Source: a virus | Strand: one strand, 5' to 3' | Virus record (IMG/VR): IMGVR_UViG_3300027759_003534 | Span: 64,001 to 128,000 of that record | Length of the DNA: 64,000 nucleotides | In this document: in pieces, positions 45,101 to 52,149 of the stretch | Layout of the letters: every line of letters begins with the position of its first letter | Position numbering within the stretch: position 1 is the first letter of the stretch | The notes under the pieces: model-generated | Databases searched by the model: none | Told to the model about the DNA's origin: nothing | The model's input: the letters and a program-made list of their open reading frames with translations, nothing else | Made by a program: the position numbers and the translations under genes

Positions 45101-47939
45101 TATTGACGGAGACTATCCTAACTTTACTACAGCCGCTATAAAATTAGTGCCTGTAATGAGCAACAATTTAGTCAGAAGCATCAAGACCACTATCAAGTAC
45201 GACCGTTATCAATATGTCACTACCATTTATGAATGGCAGGCCAATGTAGTCTATTCTGAAGGCGAGCAGGTGCGTTGGAACAATCGTGTTTGGTCAGCCA
45301 ATACCACACAATCGTCTTCAACCTTTGTTATTGAAGAGTGGAATTTAGTCGACGCTGATTCATTAAGTGGTGTAGATCGCACCATGGGATTCTATGTGCC
45401 TACGGTTAATATGCCTGGACTTAGCTTGCCACTTTTAATTGATGGAGTTAGCTATCCAGGTGTACAAGTTGATGCTCCGGACTTTAATCAAAACACTGGG
45501 TTTGATGTGGGCAACTACGATATCAACCCATTTGACAATCTTTCGTATGATGCTTCTGGTCGCCCAACTTACGACCCGGCAATCTTGGATGCTCGCTACA
45601 GTAGCGAATATATAGACCCATACCTTGGTACCAGAGCTACAGACATCAACGTGGACGGCGGCAAATATGTTGGGCCTTACAGTAGCCATGCGCCAGAAGA
45701 GCTAGTACCAGGTGCAGAATTTGACACCCTAGATCTACGTGTGTACACACGTCCTGGAGCGGACTGGTTGCAACGCGGTCATGGATTCCCAAGTGCCAAC
45801 ATTAAATACACTGTAAGTTTATCCGAGTTAATTTTAAGTTTTGCTGGACTATTGCCATACACAGCCCTAGTATCAGTGGCCAATCAAACCCAAAGTATAG
45901 ACCTGCACCTAGATGGTGATTACACAGTAGACTATGTAGCCCAAACTGTAACCATGATACCCAGTGGCAATGTCAACACTGACGACATAATTGTAATCAC
46001 TGCCTACGAAATTGGAGGCGGTAATCAACTTTACAAAAATATATACAACGGTGCTGATGTAGGCAATACTATTACAGTTCCTGTGGCCTATTATACTGCT
46101 ACCGGCACTGAACAAATACAAGAATTTGTAATTTTTGTAAATGGCGTAATAACCACTGATTATACCTATGCCGCAGATGGTGCGCAAAATACCACTGTTA
46201 CGTTTGACACAACCTACACAAATACCGATAGCATTGCCTTGTATGTGCTGGCACCTACCGTAGTAAATGATACCACAGTTAATTACAGTTGGAGTGCACC
46301 ACAAACACAGTTAATTGATGGTGTTACTTCTGTGTTGACTTATACCCTTGACAACAATCTTGAGTATGTAAATCCAGACAGTGTAATAGTCACAGTCAAC
46401 GGTGTTCGTGCTAGAACTGCGGCAGGAATCCGTCATGTGGGCGATGGTAGTACAGCTTACACCTTGCCAGACAGACTAGGATTCAGTCAGTCTATAATTG
46501 TAGACAACGAAGTACATGTGTATATTGATGATGAGCCGCAAATATTGTATGTGGATTTTGTATTAGAACCCTACGATGGCACGCTAAGAGAAGTGATCTT
46601 TATTACAGAACCGCCTGTTGGTTCAGAGATACTGATCTATGTAATAACCAATACTCAATGCTATGTCAACGGTAATCAACTGGTATTTAATTCAATCGGC
46701 GGTCTTGTTCCTATTGACGGCGAGGTTATAGCTGTTACCACCTGGAATGACACACGTCAACAACAAATATTAAGTCAGTGTTTTGTAGGCCCTGTTACTA
46801 CCGGAGTCACAGTAGTAGAACCCTACGACAGTACCGACTTTGATGTAGGAACTGTTACTGGTGCCGCAGGTAGCTATGATTATAGCTCTGGTGTTACTGT
46901 GACTATAAACAATCTTGATATGGGCGTTGTAATAACCGACCCAGATCGTTTGTGGGTATCATTAAATGGGCGTAGACTGTTTAACAATATTGGATTCACT
47001 GTGAGCGGCACTGAGGTAATTTTGACGTCTGGTATCTTAGGAGCAGCTGACGTGGTTATGATCACACAGTTTACAAATTTTGTAGTGCCAGAAAGCATGG
47101 CTTTCCGCATATTCCAAGACATGCGTGGAGTGCAGGCTACTTACCGCATCACCCCAGCAACTACCACCACTACTACATCTGCTGTGACTGTCAATACTGA
47201 CATAATCTATGTGGCCAATGCTGGTGCACTAGCTGAACCTAATTTTGATATCAACATTTGGGGAGTTGCAACCATCAACGCCGAACGCATTATGTATCGT
47301 TACAGAGATACAGCAAATAATACTATCAGTGGGTTGATGCGTGGCACGGCTGGCACAGCCATTACAGCACATGCCAATGGATCCATAGTGTACAATATGG
47401 GTCGTAGCAACTTGTTGCCAGAAAATTATCAAGATTACCTTGTGAGTACCAATACCCTGGGTGATGGAACCACTACTGTTTTTACTGCTGATAATATCAA
47501 TTTAACCTCCGAAGATAGTACATTGCGCTTAGATGCACTTGAAGTATACGTGGGTGGAATCAAACAATCAGAACATTTTATTGGTAACGGTAGTACTGTT
47601 AAATTTGCACTAACTGGAATAGTTGCGTTAACAGATTCAATTGTAACTGTTAACGGAGCCGTGCAAACCAGTGTTACAGATTACTCAATAACCAACACAA
47701 CATTGACATTTGTGACCGCTCCAGAATCTGAATCCATAGTTCAAGTTTCTGGCTATACACTTGTTGCTAGCAACCCAGTTGAAATTGTGTTTGAAACAGC
47801 GCCAGCAGCTGGTAGCGAGGTTACACTGTTGGTACGCCGTGGAGTTACATGGTATGCGCAAGGCTCTGGCACCGCCAGCAATGGTAATCCGTTGCAGATT
47901 ACCGAAACAGCGGCCGCAAGGTTTTTACGGGGCTTATAA
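33195..47939 (+). CDS. Giant baseplate/tail protein (~4914 aa; probable gp7-like wedge fused to many receptor-type domains)
   Basis: Uninterrupted 14.7-kb ORF, TGATG-coupled to gp6. Contains FG-GAP propeller repeats, three CBM5/12-like W.A...Y..G..V motifs, cupredoxin-like LxRGxTYxF repeats and GDG.T..F repeats. Confidence 0.8.
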   Translation: MKQVRSVDFLPEIFQTPVNKQFLSATLDQLIQNPEYTQTQGFIGRRVGPGVNANDRYVVEPTKTRTDYQLEPGVVQVNPEDTRKVVDAITYPGITNALQLQGAFTNNGDRLYTSDYYTWDPFVDFDKFINYAQYYWVPEGPLAVDVSSTDIPLTDNFTVTRANGVYTFSGIAGDNPAITLVRGGNYTFNVAQNQTETVNFRVTNNNASSWNIDFLPNPTLTLTRGNTYVFNLSQSFPWAFYFKTELSLGTTNVYSDGVFNNGAANGLITFTVPQDAPDVLFYCNDVEINLRGQLNIVDGTPGTGPGFWIQSDPGVNGRVIATPNISSRDVLGVSNNGEDLGTVTFDVPLATAQNFYYNMPSIGTVDLVTNLQFDQINNQFLEPFFAANRNGIDGITNLENRTIAFITQDSNPDTGGWQQTTFFDPLLNAGNVQSGIGSFDSTTFSQTTVIADQATQYSVWRIQYLTAEGGGGIYMSLQFVENVDLNNKFTVGFGTEYSSTGWYKNADGFFEQIPLLTADKNVLFYQDGTDPEIVGRINLIDLDMSTTIDVDAIIGSPTYTSPNGVTFTNGMKVVFRGNVYPTGYRNNEYYVEGVGTAIQLLSVLDYVTPETYTNSQTIPYDSTPYDSNNFDGNLNQPTVPDYLTINRASLDLNAWTRSNRWFHIDVITASAEYNNTTPVVNNLFRARRPILEFRAGTRLFDFGTDGLAPVDIIDTVQTDAITNVNGALGYSTDGYTLINGSTIIFAADTDPEVRRTVYEVQFAITNTNADDSTIVDVPVIVLMPIATALIDQTTVIVSGNTEQGLSYYYDGVAWIEAQQKISVNQPPLFDIYDTNGISFGNRAIYPSSNFTGSPLFSYAIGNADPDLILGFPLTYLSLTNIGDIVFDNNFYKDSFNYTINSAGQTVPLSTGFVREYSTRVTFNREIGWQTAVTPSLVRQQFQFTYDGNPLLLDVAVNANTIVPAVQIYANGQFQEAYNYQYTVGSNTTTINLLTMYVPGDLIEVTVLSDQVSAAGFYEVPINLENNPLNGNSDQFTLGTIRNHYIGLTENLIALQGPPIGANNTRDLGNIVPYGLQILQQSSPLTLTGYFMRDANYNIFASLAYNSTEYIKFKSQLLNAVTTFSIADYGNWTVAKLLDQSIAQITTGRTNINPFYWSDMLPTGTVFTSNSYTVNPITTNRFNTEQTYDFTTSNYKGLCVYINNILLTRDYGYVVSIESSTLTILLPLTVGDVVTINEYADTAGNFVPNTPTKLGLYPKYEPKIFLDEDYVNPTPVIQGHDGSITVAFGDIRDQVLLEFEQRIFNNLKNDGNPPPVVAEDVIPGYFRTTDYTQAEVNQILGENFLAWVGANKLNYTSQTYIADNEFTYNYSQAGNRIDQQPLLGAWRGIYRWFYDTLTPNITPWEMLGLSEQPDWWENTYGPAPYTSDNLVLWEDLAAGLIKDPVAPYINPKYIRAGLTSVIPVDSQGQLLPPFYSVMGAYNPNGFVKSWQVGDGGPVEASWWSSSSYPFAIMRLLILTRPADFFSLFADRDLYKYSAEFDQYLYNGRYRIQPQNIQVYGNGVSKASYINWIIDYNQQLGIDSTDALTTDLANLDVRLCYRAASFIAQQNLAMYLEKGSPNSQNSSLLIPPESYNLLLYKNQPFNRIDYSAVIVEVVDGGYSVYGYSTVTPYFSTLASQVTGLTQTLTGGNISVTVPKQYTDRTIQIPYGYTFTNLTSVVDFLLSYGQYLGSQGLRFITRENGYTLDWIQMAQEFLYFANQGWADGTIINLNPSATQVISFRAGAVVDSIVTYTPENLLLDQNRQAFNARNLIIQREGNTFRLNPEPGGSQTINYLQLKFTDYEDMVVLDNRTIFNDLIYNTVTGERQNRLKLIAATSTQWNGTLNAQGFILNQNNVVAWKANTKYTKGDIVIYKNSYWQAATIIQPKLKFEYADWYKSNYDAIQQGLLQNLATKADQLANSYNTQTANLNRDNDLLAYNLIGFTPRQYMVDLNLSDTSQISLYQQFIKTKGSTQATDLFTQVDFNPLTAQYNIYENWGILVGTYGAQANRSWFEIALNEAVLTGNPSTVQIIQPGTISQADQSILLSNLWAESYAIPNTDILPTTYNTNSDTALPSAGYVNINDVDITVFNLNNPSNIAANLSTVGNGTTIWVAQDNSYDWNIYQCAQVTGRVTQLTDNLNGTSRAQFSTTVDLAVGDLIIIRYFSDAVDGVYRVLSRPTIDSVVIQYAFTNSNQTTLTGIGIVFYLQTMRVSQASDVGTLPYVNQLIPGATAWVDNDGSGRWEVIQKTNPFAPIDTLSATTPEANSLFGASVSQSADRYALLVGAPAAASGSGAVYTYRLGNVNDYVENTELLLLATDTSGYGCSVDFGNRTWAVAGANTSNSGAGYATILYLIPGTNDYVQTQLLVAPDQDFSAIGFGTSVQISDNERWIYISAPGANQVYAYGRVDVPSQSVSYIANGTTATFVYNNNIMIDSTYPDQLLVTVNNNLQVYGTDYTINGVLIQFLTTPGANNTVRIQRRTAVQLDFETYVGVTQSSTTGSGSGSTFTVTNTRGDYSVSLTAPGINYAVGNQLTISYLQVDPVGSAANNITVTVTAVTSGGITGFTWTGSGVNNTAVFSLTNYLYTVTTYDSFRVNVNGVLQRPYIDYTFSSGTLTFVTVPIPGAIITVQSAEEGAYWQYVNTLDSNYYPITVDPNAQLGHSLATNIVGTQILVGAPYDSAVNSAGDTIDNAGAVYAFDRSIVKYIITNTTQLTYAIPGEYTNPVAVVLNKQYLTNTAQYINGEFTVSGSAIVLSSSVPLTVGDTLEIETNQFQFVQRFTTNTVIDESQFGHSIDICPNSCSVYVGAPLDSFASGVPQAGMVQRQVNQSRVYGITTSTVANPTLTAGDTIRVNHTEVTVPNSPNNTVAGLVTAINSAGIPNIVATNATNVILIGDGATKIFNIGNIYSAASAYTTVVYINNALQVAGMNYTYNNTTQQIAFVSTPALGAEILVVAGRMTVSVINLAASEEFNKLTVLPGVAANDSTIGSAFYDLGFVTYAYTQTITSPAPTDFAQFGAAVNVNTGAVNLVVGAPNGNVYEPTTFDAGETYFDDRSTTFFGYIRNSGVVFTYDFLPSADGSISNPGQFVFGQQVYVTTLATGDLFGTAVNYRNGRLLVGAPGSDLGDSSVNYGSVSVLNNANDAAVWQVLYAQQPVVDVNLINSVYSYDKLLNSTQTYFDYIDPLQGKILGVARRNIDYIGAVDPASYNTGTVHNIGTSWGPAHEGEIWWDTNSVRFINANQDNIDYASRRWGQVFPGSTINIYQWTASSVPPVNYTGTGIPLSTTSYTVYSSVDNQGLLITTYYFWVVGINTVATTHGKTLSATAIASYILNPSSSGLPYIAALSANSVAIYNADTLLSAFDTILHIEYDRQAPGGDNDIHTEYAFIADGQADAFLNANLYRKFLDSFCGATVTGAAVPDPLLSPGIQYGVQFRPRQSMFANRFKALENYLGYANTVLAQYPISETRSFRLLNSSEPTPAVNSGAWNYEVATLEILAYQDLYVVPIGYLYLVLSDTSQDGRWTIYEVALGTLPGERVLNLVQVQNYDTPLYWNYINWYLPGYNSSIQPVATVANTAGLQTLSLTQAPVGGSVKVTANGQGKFEIYLRTTLGFDRVGLEDGTIKFSSVLWDYAAGGYGFDAEVFDANYFDQEPVLETRQIIKAINEELFIDDLLINRNQALILAFKFIYSEFTSPNWLFKSSYINVDHVIRGLLPYELYQPDNQTFVLDYLNEVKPYHVQNLAFNLIYDGIDTYPGALTDYDVPAYWNTTLALPQFISPVLTPYTYSDSVNQSFTSDTASNAQIWLERPWSDWVNNYTLNVDSIDVIDTTTTYTIVPVITIGAEWTADTAYTVGEQIAYRNNLYTVTVAGTTSNTAPTITLGSVVNGTATLTYTGPRAQASAVLRANGTIATVTITVHGSGYLTTPLIAIDGDYPNFTTAAIKLVPVMSNNLVRSIKTTIKYDRYQYVTTIYEWQANVVYSEGEQVRWNNRVWSANTTQSSSTFVIEEWNLVDADSLSGVDRTMGFYVPTVNMPGLSLPLLIDGVSYPGVQVDAPDFNQNTGFDVGNYDINPFDNLSYDASGRPTYDPAILDARYSSEYIDPYLGTRATDINVDGGKYVGPYSSHAPEELVPGAEFDTLDLRVYTRPGADWLQRGHGFPSANIKYTVSLSELILSFAGLLPYTALVSVANQTQSIDLHLDGDYTVDYVAQTVTMIPSGNVNTDDIIVITAYEIGGGNQLYKNIYNGADVGNTITVPVAYYTATGTEQIQEFVIFVNGVITTDYTYAADGAQNTTVTFDTTYTNTDSIALYVLAPTVVNDTTVNYSWSAPQTQLIDGVTSVLTYTLDNNLEYVNPDSVIVTVNGVRARTAAGIRHVGDGSTAYTLPDRLGFSQSIIVDNEVHVYIDDEPQILYVDFVLEPYDGTLREVIFITEPPVGSEILIYVITNTQCYVNGNQLVFNSIGGLVPIDGEVIAVTTWNDTRQQQILSQCFVGPVTTGVTVVEPYDSTDFDVGTVTGAAGSYDYSSGVTVTINNLDMGVVITDPDRLWVSLNGRRLFNNIGFTVSGTEVILTSGILGAADVVMITQFTNFVVPESMAFRIFQDMRGVQATYRITPATTTTTTSAVTVNTDIIYVANAGALAEPNFDINIWGVATINAERIMYRYRDTANNTISGLMRGTAGTAITAHANGSIVYNMGRSNLLPENYQDYLVSTNTLGDGTTTVFTADNINLTSEDSTLRLDALEVYVGGIKQSEHFIGNGSTVKFALTGIVALTDSIVTVNGAVQTSVTDYSITNTTLTFVTAPESESIVQVSGYTLVASNPVEIVFETAPAAGSEVTLLVRRGVTWYAQGSGTASNGNPLQITETAAARFLRGL

Positions 47940-47945
47940 TCCAGG

Positions 47946-47951
47946 TAAATA
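47946..47951 (+). promoter_or_regulatory. Late promoter TAAATA, near-leaderless
   Basis: TAAATA-AATTACA-ATG(47959). Confidence 0.6.
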
Positions 47952-47958
47952 AATTACA

Positions 47959-48090
47959 ATGAGCGATAATACTAAACAACCAACTCCTGCACCAAAACGC
48001 CCCAACGAAACTGGGTCTATCAGTGTTGAAGGATTTATAAAGATTTTTGATCCAAAAACCAAACAAGTATTTGTGGAGAAACGAGCATGA
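47959..48090 (+). CDS. Small protein (43 aa) paralogous to the N-terminus of the next gene
   Basis: Not in the track: MSDNTKQPTPAPKRPNETGSISVEGFIKIFDPKTKQVFVEKRA*, ATGA-coupled to 48087. Confidence 0.75.
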   Translation: MSDNTKQPTPAPKRPNETGSISVEGFIKIFDPKTKQVFVEKRA

Positions 48091-48692
48091 TCCAACCAGG
48101 CCTATGTAAAATTGAAGGGTTTGTTAAGATTACAGATCCCACCACAGGCGCAGTCTTGTTAGACAAAAAGAACGCAATTCACTACGAAAACATCAGTATT
48201 TGTATGGCCAATACTTTAGCTGATAGAAACACTGGATACATTTATAAAATGGCATTTGGCAATGGTGGCAGTGCTGTAGATCCCACAGGCGTTATTACCT
48301 ATTTGCCACCAAACACCACTGGACAAAATGCCAGCCTGTACAACGAAACCTACAGCAAAGTAGTTGACGATAACTCAGCTGCCAATACAGATCCTGCTAA
48401 CAACTACATGACTGTGGTACACACGTCGGGTAATGTGTACACTGATATCATAACCACTTGTTTGTTGGATTACGGCGAGCCTGCTGGACAGCAAGCATTT
48501 GATAATAGCACCAACTTTAATGGTGAATATGTGTTTGACGAGCTAGGGCTACAGTGCTGGAACGGAAGCGCCAGTGATTTATTATTAATCACCCATGTAA
48601 TTTTTCACCCGGTACAAAAGAGTTTAAATCGTCAGATACAGATAGATTATACTTTACGTATTCAAACTTTAACTAACTTGAGTGCGGCATAA
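48087..48692 (+). CDS. Conserved virion protein, possibly a fibre-attachment/collar protein
   Basis: Position between the giant baseplate gene and the fibre; FDELGL...ITHVIFHPVQKSLNRQIQIDYTLRI resembles tail-collar fibre N-domains. Confidence 0.5.
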   Translation: MIQPGLCKIEGFVKITDPTTGAVLLDKKNAIHYENISICMANTLADRNTGYIYKMAFGNGGSAVDPTGVITYLPPNTTGQNASLYNETYSKVVDDNSAANTDPANNYMTVVHTSGNVYTDIITTCLLDYGEPAGQQAFDNSTNFNGEYVFDELGLQCWNGSASDLLLITHVIFHPVQKSLNRQIQIDYTLRIQTLTNLSAA

Positions 48693-48720
48693 ATATGAGT
48701 ATATTATTTTGCGGTAAATA
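48690..48720 (+). promoter_or_regulatory. Two late promoters TAAATA (48690-48695, 48715-48720)
   Basis: Upstream of the fibre gene, followed by SD GGAG. Confidence 0.6.
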
Positions 48721-48739
48721 CATGAATACGGAGCAATAA

Positions 48740-50020
48740 ATGTCATATACAATTAACTTAACAGATGGTGCGTTATTTGCTACCATAGCAGATGGTACAA
48801 TCAATACCTCCAGCTCAATGACTTTGGTAGGTAAAAACTACGCCGGATACGGTCAGTTTTTGGATACTAACTTTATCCATCTGTTGGAAAATGCATCAAA
48901 TACTACAGCCCCGGGTGCACCGCTTACTGGTCAACTTTGGTGGGACTCCGGCAACGGCTTAATGAAGGTGTATACCGGTACTACATGGAAAACCATCAGT
49001 AGTGCTACTTCTAGTTCAACTGCTCCAAGTAATAATGTAACCGGTGACTTGTGGTACGACACAGTAAATCAACAGTTAAATGTATGGACTGGTACAGCAT
49101 GGTTATTGGTTGGTCCACAATTCACAGCCGGTCAAGGCACAACAGGGGCCATTGCAGCTACAATTACAGATAACACAAGTGTTACTCACACTGTTATTGA
49201 ATTATATGTAAACGATAGTATTGTGGGTATTGTAAGCAAGGACGCTACCTTTACTCCAGCTGTAGCAATTCCTGGATACACTACAGTTCGCCCTGGTATT
49301 ACTTTAGCTACAATAGTTGGCAGTCAAGTTCCATTGTTTCAAGGCACCTCTACTGATTCACTATCGTTGGGTGGAGTGCTTGCTACCTCGTTTATGCGCA
49401 CAGATGCCAACACCAGTACAAGTGGTACTTTATCGGTACTTAACAACACTGGCCTAGCAGTTGGCGCAAGCAGTAACTTTAGAGTTTCAGTATCTGGTAA
49501 TGATGTTACCCTAAGAAATCAAACATCAGGTGGCAATCTTTATTTAGGTGTCAACGTGGCAGGAAATGTCTCGCCAACCCTAACCATGTTTGGATCCAAT
49601 GGTGCCATCAGCGGTAATCAAATCAATGCCAACTATGCCGACGTTGCAGAACGCTTTGAAGCTGACGAAGTCATGCTTCCTGGCACTGTGGTTGAGCTTG
49701 GCGGCTCAGCAGAAATCACTCAAGTTTCAGCTGAATTAAGCGAAAAAGTGTTTGGAGTCATAAGTACACGAGCAGCATATTTGATGAACAGTTCAGCAGG
49801 CTCAGACGCTACACATCCCCCAGTTGCAATGACTGGACGAGTACCTGTTAATGTTGTTGGTTCAATTGCCCGAGGCGATAGATTGGTCAGTGCTGGCAAT
49901 GGTCTAGCGAGAGCTGCACAAGCAGGAGAAGCTACTGCGTTCAACGTAATTGGCCGTGCATTAAGAGATAAATTAGACACAGGCCCTGGCACTGTAGAAG
50001 CTATCGTAACAATTAAATAA
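48740..50020 (+). CDS. Tail fibre protein with a C-terminal intramolecular-chaperone (peptidase G2/S74-like) domain
   Basis: GKNYAGYG..L..NFIHLLEN, GQLWWDS / GDLWYDT repeats; ADVAERF...PGTVV...VFGVIST...PVAMTGRVPV...GDRLV. Confidence 0.75.
   Translation: MSYTINLTDGALFATIADGTINTSSSMTLVGKNYAGYGQFLDTNFIHLLENASNTTAPGAPLTGQLWWDSGNGLMKVYTGTTWKTISSATSSSTAPSNNVTGDLWYDTVNQQLNVWTGTAWLLVGPQFTAGQGTTGAIAATITDNTSVTHTVIELYVNDSIVGIVSKDATFTPAVAIPGYTTVRPGITLATIVGSQVPLFQGTSTDSLSLGGVLATSFMRTDANTSTSGTLSVLNNTGLAVGASSNFRVSVSGNDVTLRNQTSGGNLYLGVNVAGNVSPTLTMFGSNGAISGNQINANYADVAERFEADEVMLPGTVVELGGSAEITQVSAELSEKVFGVISTRAAYLMNSSAGSDATHPPVAMTGRVPVNVVGSIARGDRLVSAGNGLARAAQAGEATAFNVIGRALRDKLDTGPGTVEAIVTIK
50014..50019 (+). 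promoter_or_regulatory. Late promoter TAAATA
   Basis: Followed by AAGGA and ATG 50037. Confidence 0.6.
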
Positions 50021-50036
50021 TATCAAGGATTAAACA

Positions 50037-51020
50037 ATGACTTATTCAGCAGGTGGACTAATACAAGCAACAGACTATAATGGGTTTGTTAGCACAACAT
50101 CGGGTGCAAACGTTAATGCAACGTGGAGCACTGGAACTACCAATGCTGGATGGGGTCAAACAGCACTAGGCACAGTAAGTGCTGGTGGCACGGTAACTGC
50201 AACACAATGGGCTAGTTTAGTCAACACCTTGTCAGCCATGGGCAGTCAAACCGGTACCTCAATTACCAGTAGAAGTGCACCAACTGCTGGTCAAACTATC
50301 AGCGTGTTGGCGGCTGTTAACACAGACTTGACAAACTGTTACACCAATCGTGGTAATGCTGCAGGATCTGGAACAGCATATGGCACGTTCTCAGGTACAA
50401 CAAGCAAAACTAGTGCCACAGGATCTGGTCAATCTGCCTGGACTATTACATTTACACACACTATCACATTCCCAAGTGCAGATCAAACCCGTTATTTCTT
50501 TAACGCTGGTGGCATTATAAAACTTCAGTACGGAAAATCAAGTACAGGCACCGACGTTGACCCAGACTGGAACACTCTTGCAGGATGGTGTGGAAGTATC
50601 AATATTACCGGCGGTGCGCAAACCATTGCCGGCCAAGCCTATACAGGAACTACCAGAATTGGCGGCACTGGCGGCACACAAACTACATTGGCCACTGGAA
50701 CAGGGTGGTATGCACTTACAGGCTCGCCCGCTACTATATTCCAACTAAATAATTCAGGTGGGCCTTACACAGGTGAGTATATTCGTACCACAGCCACAGC
50801 AACTTCAAGCACAGTTTTGACCTTGGTTACAACTTGGGTCAGTGACGGATCAACCGGTGCTGGTACTAGTGCTAATATTTCTGGTGGCACAGCCACTGCC
50901 AGCCCAAACACCACAATCACCGGTACAGCACCAACTACTTTGGTCACGTACCTTCCACCAAGCACAACTTATCTAACCGATTCGTGGGGAACCCCAACTA
51001 TTGCGGCTAGTGTAGCCTAA
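50037..51020 (+). CDS. Thr/Gly-rich virion structural (fibre-like) protein
   Basis: Last gene of the tail operon; GGTVTATQWASLVN, RYFFNAGG.I motifs. Confidence 0.6.
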   Translation: MTYSAGGLIQATDYNGFVSTTSGANVNATWSTGTTNAGWGQTALGTVSAGGTVTATQWASLVNTLSAMGSQTGTSITSRSAPTAGQTISVLAAVNTDLTNCYTNRGNAAGSGTAYGTFSGTTSKTSATGSGQSAWTITFTHTITFPSADQTRYFFNAGGIIKLQYGKSSTGTDVDPDWNTLAGWCGSINITGGAQTIAGQAYTGTTRIGGTGGTQTTLATGTGWYALTGSPATIFQLNNSGGPYTGEYIRTTATATSSTVLTLVTTWVSDGSTGAGTSANISGGTATASPNTTITGTAPTTLVTYLPPSTTYLTDSWGTPTIAASVA

Positions 51021-51039
51021 TAGCAGTTTAGCTTTACCA

Positions 51040-51059
51040 AAAGGGTCTTAGGACCCTTT
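51040..51059 (+). terminator. Intrinsic terminator of the tail operon
   Basis: AAAGGGTC-TTAG-GACCCTTT followed by ACTTTTATCTTCTTTT. Confidence 0.8.
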
Positions 51060-51085
51060 ACTTTTATCTTCTTTTGTAGTACAAT
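51057..51085 (+). promoter_or_regulatory. Sigma70-type promoter of the modification cluster
   Basis: TTTACT-17 nt-TACAAT-6 nt-ATG(51092), no SD. Confidence 0.55.
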
Positions 51086-51091
51086 AAATGT

Positions 51092-51397
51092 ATGAATACT
51101 GACGAACTTGTTGCCTACGCTCGTGCCCGTTTTGACCATGCAACCGCGCGACGCACACTTAAAGAAAAATATCAAGCCAAACTAACAGTTGCCCATGCTG
51201 GCGGAATGTGGTTAGCTGGTCCAGAATTATTGGCTGTATTGGCCGCTTGTGCAGGCCCATCAGCAGTTGTCCTTGACTTATATGACACGCCAGTGAAAGT
51301 AGTGCCTAACGAGTTTCAAGATTTAGTGCGTACTCACTGGCAAGAACAAATGAACGCTTGGCTTGTAGAATACGAAGAGCTTAATCAAAATAGATGA
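51092..51397 (+). CDS. Hypothetical protein (101 aa)
   Basis: First ORF of a tightly coupled operon. Confidence 0.7.
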   Translation: MNTDELVAYARARFDHATARRTLKEKYQAKLTVAHAGGMWLAGPELLAVLAACAGPSAVVLDLYDTPVKVVPNEFQDLVRTHWQEQMNAWLVEYEELNQNR

Positions 51398-52149
51398 CAA
51401 CAGGTGCATTAATATTTGCCCGCAATAATGAGCAGATTAACTATGAGGCAATGGCTCACTGGTCGGCTAAGAATATTGAACGACATCTTGGTATCCCAAC
51501 ACACATTGTAACCGATGATTCTGCACCATCTACCAACACAAGACACTTTACAGATGTTGGCCCAGTTACATGGCACAATCTCAATCGCATGGATGCTTAT
51601 CAACTGAGTCCGTGGGATTGCACTCTAGTGCTAGATGCAGACTATGTTGTGGCTAGCGATCAGTTACAATCTGTGCTAGACATAGACCAAGATTTTTTAG
51701 CACATCGCTGGGCGTACGATATTACCGGCAACAACAACTTTGAAGGGCTTAATTACTTTGGAAACAATCGTATGCCCATGTGGTGGGCAACTGTAATGAT
51801 GTTTCGTCGCAGTCGACACGCAGAATTAATTTTTGACTCAATGCAGATGATCCGAGACAACTGGACTCATTATAGGAATTTGTATAAAAATACAAATGCA
51901 ACTTATCGTAACGACCATGCGCTTAGTATTGCCCTAGGCATAGTTAACGGGCATACATTAGATCATGCTGGTATTCCTTGGGCATTGGCCAGTTTAACAC
52001 CTGATCATAAATTAACACAGCTAGATCAAGACAGTTACAGAGTAGATTTTGTAAACACAGAAAATAACCTACGCTGGATAACATTAACACAAGACTTCCA
52101 CGCTATGGGCAAACAACAACTAGGAGAGATCGTTGCCAATCACTGCTGA
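51394..52149 (+). CDS. GT-A (GT8-like) glycosyltransferase
   Basis: SPWDCTLVLDADYVV (DxD), WATVMMF, YRNDHALSIA. Confidence 0.7.
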   Translation: MTTGALIFARNNEQINYEAMAHWSAKNIERHLGIPTHIVTDDSAPSTNTRHFTDVGPVTWHNLNRMDAYQLSPWDCTLVLDADYVVASDQLQSVLDIDQDFLAHRWAYDITGNNNFEGLNYFGNNRMPMWWATVMMFRRSRHAELIFDSMQMIRDNWTHYRNLYKNTNATYRNDHALSIALGIVNGHTLDHAGIPWALASLTPDHKLTQLDQDSYRVDFVNTENNLRWITLTQDFHAMGKQQLGEIVANHC

